A stretch of DNA of 37,993 bases from Verrucomicrobia bacterium UBA1731 (GTDB taxonomy: Bacteria; Verrucomicrobiota; Kiritimatiellia; RFP12; UBA1067), in contig DCIH01000004.1 of NCBI GenBank assembly GCA_002317575.1, positions 21,171-59,163 of the forward strand. Reading direction: 5' to 3'. Both the position numbers and the translations under genes were made by a program. The first letter of the stretch is position 1; each line of letters begins with the position of its first letter. Positions 8,136-14,365 of this stretch are shown piece after piece. Under the pieces are notes generated by a model that had not been told where the DNA came from, did not search any database, and worked only from the letters and a program-made list of their open reading frames with translations.

Positions 8136-8333
8136 TCAAAAAAAACCGCGTGCGCGCTTCGCGGGCTTTCCGGCTCCCGTTCCGCGAGACGCGCGCGGAC
8201 ACCCGCGCGTCTTCAAAAAAAATTTGAACTCGTAAATCACCATCTCTTCCGGGGTTTTGCCTTCGGCTTTTGCCATCCGGCTTGCCAGCTCTACCGTTTC
8301 AGCGTCGAGCAGGAGCTTGTTTTTTTTCGGCAT
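8136..8333 (-). CDS. ribbon-helix-helix-like protein (65 aa)
   Basis: ATG 8333 behind AAGGAAGGG. MPKKNKLLLDAETVELASRMAKAEGKTPEEMVIYEFKFF has an RHH pattern. The C-terminal 25 aa run through a GC hairpin and may not be genuine protein. The track start at 8369 lacks an SD. Confidence 0.45.
   Translation of the reverse strand: MPKKNKLLLDAETVELASRMAKAEGKTPEEMVIYEFKFFLKTRGCPRASRGTGAGKPAKRARGFF
8187..8212. repeat. GC-rich inverted repeat (8-9 bp stem, 8-nt loop) followed by A8
   Basis: GACGCGCG-cggacacc-CGCGCGTC at 8188-8211, with A8 at 8215-8222. Same arrangement as the 8114-8145 element. Confidence 0.5.
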
Positions 8334-8499
8334 CGATGACGCCCTTCCTTTTTGCGTGGTCGTGTACAAGTCGTTTTACGAAATCGGTGTAGGTCATCCC
8401 TTCGGCTTGCGCGGCGGCTCGGAGAAGACGGGCGTCGTCGTCGTTGAACCAGAATCCGATCTTCTTGGTCTTGTGTTTTCCGCTCGGCCCCGAACTCAT
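8299..8499 (-). CDS. ribbon-helix-helix protein (66 aa)
   Basis: KKIGFWFNDDDARLLRAAAQAEGMTYTDFVKRLVHDHAKRKG has an RHH pattern. ATG 8499 behind GGGAGCGGAAA. The 3' end overlaps the next RHH gene by 35 nt. Confidence 0.6.
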   Translation of the reverse strand: MSSGPSGKHKTKKIGFWFNDDDARLLRAAAQAEGMTYTDFVKRLVHDHAKRKGVIDAEKKQAPARR

Positions 8500-8543
8500 T
8501 TTCCGCTCCCGCTTGCCTCTTCAGTTTTCCTCTTTGCCCCGTA

Positions 8544-8573
8544 CTATACCACACGCGCGGGGCCACGCGCAAG
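8544..8573 (-). promoter_or_regulatory. extended -10 promoter candidate for the RHH/HTH operon
   Basis: On the minus strand: TTGCGC (8573..8568), 18 nt, then TGGTATAGT (TG-n-TATAGT, -10 at 8549..8544). Three phased A-tracts lie just upstream at 8579-8605. Confidence 0.4.
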
Positions 8574-8681
8574 CCCCTTTTTTACTTTTTTTTTACCTTT
8601 TTTTACGCGCCGAGGAAAATGTCGGGAGGGGCCGTGTGGCCGCGACGCGCGTCCGAATCTTCCGCGTGCGTCAATCGTCCG

Positions 8682-8852
8682 TCACGGCGATCTGCGCGCG
8701 GCGAGCAACGTGCGCGCCAACGCCTCGACCGGGACGCCGATTTCGTCCGCGCATCTGCAGACGGCCTCGGCTTCGGCCTCGTCGAATTCAACGAAAACGA
8801 CGACGCGGTTTTCCGCGTCGCCGTTTTCCGATCCACTTTTGATTTCGTCCAT
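8682..8852 (-). CDS. ribbon-helix-helix-like protein, 56 aa, not in ORF track
   Basis: Hand translation: MDEIKSGSENGDAENRVVVFVEFDEAEAEAVCRCADEIGVPVEALARTLLAARRSP. ATG 8852 behind AAAGGGGGTGGACGAC. Confidence 0.5.
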   Translation of the reverse strand: MDEIKSGSENGDAENRVVVFVEFDEAEAEAVCRCADEIGVPVEALARTLLAARRSP

Positions 8853-8916
8853 GTCGTCCACCCCCTTTCCCCGCTATCCACGGGCCGGGAATGTTATCAC
8901 GGACGCGTTCCGAACA

Positions 8917-9318
8917 TCACATGACCGCCTGCGCGGCTTGTCCGCCTCCCATGAGCAGTTTGCCGATGACGACGCCGCCTCCTGCGGTCGCGACGTATCG
9001 GAGGACGCGCCACAGCGTCTTCGCTCCCTCGATGCGCTCTTTCTGCGCGCGGTAGTCCTTGTCCGACTCCATGCACGGTTTCAGATCGGACTCAACCTTG
9101 TCGATGCGCTCGTCGAGCTTGTCGATCTTGCCTTCGATGCGCTCGTCGTTTTCGAGCGATTTCTTCACGCGGACGGCTTGGTGCGAGACGCACTCCATCA
9201 AGAGGTCGTCGCGGTCGTCGTACGCCTGCCGTAGGAGCGCCTCGCGGATCGCAGGGTCGGCATTCTCCCTCGCCGCGTCGCGCTTCTCTTTCCACCTCTT
9301 GATCTGCTCTTCCGTCAT
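8917..9318 (-). CDS. tail-anchored membrane protein with coiled-coil N-terminal part (133 aa)
   Basis: MTEEQIKRWKEKRD... with heptad-like KIDKLDERIDKVESDL. C-terminal hydrophobic TLWRVLRYVATAGGGVVIGKLLMGGG. The track start at 9438 is TTG with no SD. Confidence 0.5.
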   Translation of the reverse strand: MTEEQIKRWKEKRDAARENADPAIREALLRQAYDDRDDLLMECVSHQAVRVKKSLENDERIEGKIDKLDERIDKVESDLKPCMESDKDYRAQKERIEGAKTLWRVLRYVATAGGGVVIGKLLMGGGQAAQAVM

Positions 9319-9470
9319 TTTTTGTTCCGTCCTTTTGTTGGTTTCCGTTTCAGTTTGAACTGCGAACACGCGCGTTCGCTTCTCGGAGAAACGATGACGG
9401 CGAAAATCGGGCAAAAACCGTTTTGCGGCCTTTCGCAATCAGCGCATTTCATTTTCTGTTTCGCGCTCAT
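9315..9470 (-). CDS. possible small Cys-containing protein (51 aa), not in ORF track
   Basis: Hand translation: MSAKQKMKCADCERPQNGFCPIFAVIVSPRSERACSQFKLKRKPTKGRNKK. Its TGA overlaps the ATG of 8917..9318 (ATGA). The SD is weak. Confidence 0.3.
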   Translation of the reverse strand: MSAKQKMKCADCERPQNGFCPIFAVIVSPRSERACSQFKLKRKPTKGRNKK

Positions 9471-9637
9471 TTCCGGCATTCTCGTTTGTGCATTTCTTTG
9501 ATCCCGTTCATGTCAACTGGGTTTCGCTTCGACTGTTCCGTTCGCTATGTTTATGAACCTTTTCCCACTTTATTGGAACTTGTGCGCGGCCCTGGCCTAT
9601 GCGTCACCCAAATAAAATCTTCCGCTTTCGCTCTTTG

Positions 9638-9859
9638 TTATTTCATCACCAACTTGCTTTCGAGGGCTTTGTACGATTCCCTTCTTCCGATAGCATCCGC
9701 CGTCGCCATGTTCGCCTGCTTGGCGAAATCGCGATAGCGCCGATGCCACTCTTCGGCGTTGTTCGCGATGCGCAGCGTGTCGCCGTTCTCGCGGACGAGC
9801 TGTCCGACGCGGACGACGGGCCTGTGGTTTTCTTCGCGTACGTGGACTGTGAAGAACAT
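9638..9859 (-). CDS. hypothetical protein (73 aa)
   Basis: ATG 9859 behind GGAG. Balanced composition. Last gene before the AT-richer gap. Confidence 0.55.
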   Translation of the reverse strand: MFFTVHVREENHRPVVRVGQLVRENGDTLRIANNAEEWHRRYRDFAKQANMATADAIGRRESYKALESKLVMK

Positions 9860-9863
9860 GGCG

Positions 9864-10334
9864 TCACTCCGCTTCCAACGGCGATCCGAGCGTCATGAAC
9901 TTCCGCTTGATTTTGGAGATCCCGTTCGTCCTCACGGCGAACGCGAACGCCTCGAATTCCTCGCGTCTCGCGCCGACGTGCTCGGAGAGCCACGCCTTGT
10001 CCGTCCCGGCGAGCGTGTTCGTGAACGCCACTTCGATTTCGCGGGCGAGCAGATTGTACTTCCTGTTGATTTTCGCCTGCGACTTCTTGTGCTTGACGCG
10101 TCCGTCTTCGATGACGCGCGTCTCGCCAGTCGCGCTTTGCGCGTGCTTCGCGTTCTCTTCCGCTTCCATTCGCGCGTCCGGCGTGTCGGCGGTCATGACC
10201 CATCTCAAGTCGCGCCGCAGGCATTCGTCTGCCCACCGTGAAACCTCTCCCGAATCGAGCGGCATCGCCGCAAGAAGTCCAGCCGTAGCCGCAAACGCGG
10301 AAAAAGCCGCCGCCGTGATTTTCAGTGCATCCAT
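9864..10334 (-). CDS. hypothetical protein with N-terminal signal peptide or signal anchor (156 aa)
   Basis: MDALKITAAAFSAFAATAGLLAAMPLDSG hydrophobic N-terminus. GGGGAGG SD. Confidence 0.55.
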   Translation of the reverse strand: MDALKITAAAFSAFAATAGLLAAMPLDSGEVSRWADECLRRDLRWVMTADTPDARMEAEENAKHAQSATGETRVIEDGRVKHKKSQAKINRKYNLLAREIEVAFTNTLAGTDKAWLSEHVGARREEFEAFAFAVRTNGISKIKRKFMTLGSPLEAE

Positions 10335-10349
10335 TTCGCGCCTCCCCGA

Positions 10350-11606
10350 TTACTGGTTCACGGCGATTGCCGTTATGTTTCCGCCCGGTTGAATCCGAAT
10401 TCCCCACATCTGTCCGTCTTCGCCTTTGAGGAAGAACTGGCCGTTCACCCAAAGTTCGCCGTTGATGGTAGTCTTCAGCATACGGGTCACCTGCGCGTCG
10501 TAACCGAGCCGCCAGTAGCATTCCCGCGCGTCCGAGACGAGATTCGACACGCCCGGAACAGTCACGATGCCGATGGCCTTCTGCGCGTTCGCCGCCGCAG
10601 TCCACGTGGCGTTCGTAAGGTGCTGTTTGTAGTAGACCGTCAGTTTCGTGAGGTCTACGGAGTCCGCGTCGAGGTTCCATCCGAGGTACGCCTTGTCCGC
10701 CGCCGCGTCGTATTTCACCGACGTGAAGCACAGGGAGTTCGACGCGATGCCGTGGAACGCAACCTCTATCGCGTTCGTGTCGCCCGCCTTGACGACCAGT
10801 TCGTTTGCGTTGTTCTGCCGGATCGCGTAGCGTCCTTTGGTCGTGCCTTTCCCGTCGAACGCCATTTGGCATCCGTTTGCCACAGTCACGTTGTTCGACG
10901 CGTGGTACTTGCTCCAATCCTGCCCGAGGTTTCCGGCGCGGCAATGGTACGCCCACTCGCGCCACTTTCCGAGCTGGCTCTCGCCCATCGAGTCCACGGT
11001 CGGAACGACGAGCTTCGTGAGGTCGTTTACCCATTCCGTGTTTCCGTTCGCCACCTCGTAGATTGCGAGGTCGCTGATGGAGAAGTCGCCTGCTTCCGTC
11101 TTGACGCAGTAGATGATTGCGACGTTGCCGTTGATCTCCGTGGTGATAGAGCCGCAAGGCGGCGTTCCGATTCTCGGCGATTGGTTCACCGAGTCGAAAA
11201 CGATGTCCGCGATGCGCACGTGGCTTCGGCAAGTAATGATGATGCGGTTCGTGACGTTCAGCGTGTTAATCCACTGAGATCCGGCCCAATGTCCGCACAG
11301 CGTCCACTCGTCCAATTCGTTGTCGTATGCGATTTCGGTGTCCCAAACGATGGACGCCTCGCTCCTGTCGAGGATTTCCAGCGTGTATCCGCGCACGCTC
11401 ATGGGGTCTGCAACGGGTTTCGTCTCGCCCTCGTCCCCGATGAACATTGAGACCGAACCGTTGCGTTCGTCCATGTATGCGACCTCGCCCGTCTTGAGAG
11501 GCGTAGAGAACGCCGTTTCGGGATTTGTCTTCGGGACGATTAGCGGAGCCGCATTGGCGAAAAGCGCCGCCGCGACAGCCGCGATGATTGTTGTTGCCTG
11601 TTTCAT
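10350..11606 (-). CDS. secreted or exported hypothetical protein (418 aa)
   Basis: Classical signal peptide MKQATTIIAAVAAALFANA-AP. Beta-rich, Asn/Thr/Trp-rich body. No family recognised. Confidence 0.6.
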   Translation of the reverse strand: MKQATTIIAAVAAALFANAAPLIVPKTNPETAFSTPLKTGEVAYMDERNGSVSMFIGDEGETKPVADPMSVRGYTLEILDRSEASIVWDTEIAYDNELDEWTLCGHWAGSQWINTLNVTNRIIITCRSHVRIADIVFDSVNQSPRIGTPPCGSITTEINGNVAIIYCVKTEAGDFSISDLAIYEVANGNTEWVNDLTKLVVPTVDSMGESQLGKWREWAYHCRAGNLGQDWSKYHASNNVTVANGCQMAFDGKGTTKGRYAIRQNNANELVVKAGDTNAIEVAFHGIASNSLCFTSVKYDAAADKAYLGWNLDADSVDLTKLTVYYKQHLTNATWTAAANAQKAIGIVTVPGVSNLVSDARECYWRLGYDAQVTRMLKTTINGELWVNGQFFLKGEDGQMWGIRIQPGGNITAIAVNQ

Positions 11607-11634
11607 TTGTTTTGCGTTCCCTTCGGGTTCGTTG

Positions 11635-13152
11635 TCATTCGTAGAGGTTCAGCTGGCATCCGACGCTCGCGGCGTACGCCTTGATGACGGGCAACGCCTT
11701 GATGAAACTCGGGCCGCTTCCCGCGTATGTGAAGAGCGACGTGACTATCCACTTTCCGTCGTGGTGGAAATAAATCGGGTGTCCGCTGTCGCCGGAATGT
11801 ATCGGGTATGCTACGCCCATCGTCTTCAGTTTCGTGGCGATGTCGTTTCGGGAGTACTCGCATCCCATGTCGAATTTCCACGTGGAGCCGTCTCCGCGCA
11901 CGGACGAGTAGACGAGTTGCATCGGGTCGTCGAACGCCTGCGTCGCGCACCAGCATTGGATGCCCTGCAGTTTCACGAACTGCTCTTTCATCTTCGCCTC
12001 GCTCATGAGGTACGGGCAGTCGGCGAGCGGGATTTCGCCTTCGAGGATCGTGACCATCGAAATGTCGTCTATGTTCATTGCCGCGATCTGCGCGGCGTTC
12101 CACCCGTTTGAAACGGCCCACTTGTCGAGACGCACCCATTCGCCTTTTTTCACGGTCGTGGAGCCGATGGTTTGGAAACCCTCCCACTTGCACCAGTCCG
12201 GGTAGTGAGTCGCGCCGACGAGCAGTTTCGTACCGAGCGCGAACGGCTTGTCGTTTCCGACGTGTCCTGCGCTCGTAGCCGCCCACGCTGGTTGAGTGAA
12301 ATATCCCCACTTGTACCACGTTTCTTCCGTGCCGACGATTCCGGGGCCGTGGTTCGGCGCGGCGTTTATCCACGCCAACGCTTCGTCGTTTACGGCCTTG
12401 CGCGCTGAACCTTCGTGGTCTGCCCAGTAGAGCGTTTCGTCTATCGTGTCTTGCGTGCCGTTCGAGATCGGAACTTCGGCGTATTTGATTTCGCCGTACT
12501 GGTTCACGGCGCTCACGACGTAGATGCCGCTCGCGTTCGCCGTGAGGTGTCCGTTCGACGATACGGAGCCGCCCGACGTGAGGCATCTCCACCCGCCAAC
12601 GGTCAACGCCTCGATGCTGTATTCGTCGTAAAGTTCGCCCCAGCAGTCCGCTTCGAGGTTTCGGACGTGGTGCGACTGGAGAACGTTGTAAATCTGCCCG
12701 CAGTCGTTTTCGTACGTTCCGACGATTGTCTGCGAAGAGCTGGAGCTGGACAGTTTGAACTCTATTCCCCACGCGCCCGCCTTGCTCCAGCACGGTTCCG
12801 TGTTGACGCTCTTCCGAACGCTTTCGATGCGGTTCGTCGCGTCCGTGTATCGGCTTTCCACCCACGGAACGAGATTCGTCACCGTATCGGGGTTTCCCTT
12901 GACCTTGCCCCACTTGCACGTGAGCGGTTCGACGACATCCGCCTGCGCGGAGAACGCCAAAAACGAAACGCACGCGATTGCCCCAAGTTTTTTCACAAGC
13001 GAATTGAACGCCGCCATGAGCTGGTCGAGGTCGTTGTCGTCCGTGTTTAGGTTGTGCGGTATCCCGGTCATGTCGAGGCGCGTGCGAGCGCCACCGTCTT
13101 TGATGTCGTAAGTTGTACCGTCTGTCATCTTGATCTGCGCAATGTCGGCCAT
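11635..13152 (-). CDS. chimeric fibre-like protein: fibre N-terminal motif fused in frame to a protein retaining a signal-peptide-like segment (505 aa)
   Basis: ATG 13152 behind GGGAGGGA. MADIAQIKMTDGTTYDIKDGGAR matches the N-terminus of the neighbouring fibre (VTRYIKDGEAR). Residues 46-71, MAAFNSLVKKLGAIACVSFLAFSAQA-DV, look like an intact Sec signal peptide. The track start at 13254 lacks an SD. Confidence 0.6.
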   Translation of the reverse strand: MADIAQIKMTDGTTYDIKDGGARTRLDMTGIPHNLNTDDNDLDQLMAAFNSLVKKLGAIACVSFLAFSAQADVVEPLTCKWGKVKGNPDTVTNLVPWVESRYTDATNRIESVRKSVNTEPCWSKAGAWGIEFKLSSSSSSQTIVGTYENDCGQIYNVLQSHHVRNLEADCWGELYDEYSIEALTVGGWRCLTSGGSVSSNGHLTANASGIYVVSAVNQYGEIKYAEVPISNGTQDTIDETLYWADHEGSARKAVNDEALAWINAAPNHGPGIVGTEETWYKWGYFTQPAWAATSAGHVGNDKPFALGTKLLVGATHYPDWCKWEGFQTIGSTTVKKGEWVRLDKWAVSNGWNAAQIAAMNIDDISMVTILEGEIPLADCPYLMSEAKMKEQFVKLQGIQCWCATQAFDDPMQLVYSSVRGDGSTWKFDMGCEYSRNDIATKLKTMGVAYPIHSGDSGHPIYFHHDGKWIVTSLFTYAGSGPSFIKALPVIKAYAASVGCQLNLYE

Positions 13153-13275
13153 AGCATCCCTCCCGCCTTTGCCGTTGCGGTAAATTGTCACCATCCCGTA
13201 AAAACGGGGCGGACGGTTTCCGTTTCCGTACGCCGCCCGCCCTGTTTTGATCACTTGCGGCTCAAGCCGCGTCCC

Positions 13276-14322
13276 TTACGAGACCGTGACCGCGCCGGAC
13301 ACGCCCGTGAAGGTCGCGCTCGGATAGATTTCCTCGCCCGTGAAGGTGGCCGTGCTGACCGTACCAGCCGGGGTGATCTCGGAGACCGCGACCGTGCCGG
13401 ACGGGGTGCACAGACCGCCGTCGAGGTTCGCCGCCGTGCCCGTGAAGGTCGGAGCGGAGATGGATCCGGCGGGAGTGATGCTCTCCACCGAGACGTTGCC
13501 CGCCGCCGTGACCGAACCCGTGACCGCCGAAGCGGAGCCCGTGAAGGTCGGGGCCGTCGCCGTCGCCGTCGCGCCCGTCACGAACGACTTGCTGGCCGCC
13601 GTGAGCGTCAGCACTTCGCCCGAAACAGAAGCCGTAAGTTCGCCGATGCTGGCCGTCGGAGCGGAGACCTCGATGGTCGGAGCGGAGACCGTGCCGTAAG
13701 GCGTGCAGGAGCCGTTGGCGAGGTCGACCGTCGTGCCCGTGAAGGACGCGCTCGGCGTCACCGCCGTGCCCGTGAACGCGGGGGCGCTGACCGAACCCGT
13801 GGCCGTCACCGTGCCCGTCACCGCAACGGACGAACCCGTGAAGGTCGCCGTGGGCGTCACAGCCGTGCCCGTGAAGGTCTGCGCGCTGATCGTGCCTTCG
13901 GGCGTGATCATGCCGACGCTCACGGTGCCGGTAGGCGTGAACGAACCCGTTGCGCTGTCCTTGTAGGCGAGAGCGCCGAGCTTGCCGGACGAACCGAGTT
14001 CGCACCAGCTCGTACCGTTCCAAATGAACTCGAGGCCCTGCGTGGTCTGGCCGACCGTCTTGTTGTAGCAAACGAAGTTGCCCTTCGTGACCGTCACTTC
14101 CTTGGTCTCGCCCGAGCTGCCCGTCTTGTAGACGTCAATCGGGTTGACGGTCGAGCCGTCGACCAGCTCCGTGGCGGAAACGCCGAGGAACTTCACGCCC
14201 TGCGCGACGAGCTCTTCGAGCGCGGTGATGGCCGTGCGGGCCTCGCCGTCCTTGATGTAGCGCGTCACGTTGTCCGGGGTGACAATCTGCGACAGATAAT
14301 TCTTGGTAGGATCGTCAGTCAT
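13276..14322 (-). CDS. tail fibre protein with beta-strand TFTG repeats (348 aa)
   Basis: N-terminal YIKDGEAR motif, an FIWNGTSWCELG knob-like motif, then at least 8 copies of x-FTG-T/S-x-V-T units. Confidence 0.65.
   Translation of the reverse strand: MTDDPTKNYLSQIVTPDNVTRYIKDGEARTAITALEELVAQGVKFLGVSATELVDGSTVNPIDVYKTGSSGETKEVTVTKGNFVCYNKTVGQTTQGLEFIWNGTSWCELGSSGKLGALAYKDSATGSFTPTGTVSVGMITPEGTISAQTFTGTAVTPTATFTGSSVAVTGTVTATGSVSAPAFTGTAVTPSASFTGTTVDLANGSCTPYGTVSAPTIEVSAPTASIGELTASVSGEVLTLTAASKSFVTGATATATAPTFTGSASAVTGSVTAAGNVSVESITPAGSISAPTFTGTAANLDGGLCTPSGTVAVSEITPAGTVSTATFTGEEIYPSATFTGVSGAVTVS
13279..13953 (-). repeat. in-frame coding repeats (TFTGTAVTP-type units)
   Basis: cccgtgaaggt(c/g) recurs at about 13306, 13340, 13440, 13540, 13737, 13838 and 13870. 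Confidence 0.7.
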
Positions 14323-14365
14323 TTTTCAATGCCTTTCTTTTTTGTTTGTTTGTGGTGTTGCAACA

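Noticed and set aside
8215-8222. -1 programmed frameshift at the U8 run followed by a GC hairpin inside 8136..8333.
   Set aside because: The spacer to the stem is only about 3 nt. The -1 frame reads an Arg/Ala-rich low-complexity peptide (FFFEDARVSARVSRNGSRKAREAR...) with no protein-like character.
8560-8584. Hairpin GGGGC-N9-GCCCC plus T6 as the terminator of a plus-strand gene.
   Set aside because: No credible plus-strand gene lies upstream. The element overlaps the -35/UP region of a minus-strand promoter, so a role as a gene terminator is unsupported.
11782-11793. GDSGHP motif suggesting a chymotrypsin-like serine protease domain at the C-terminus of 11635..13152.
   Set aside because: I could not identify the matching His and Asp context or other S1-family landmarks by eye. 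It is noted as a lead only and needs a profile search.
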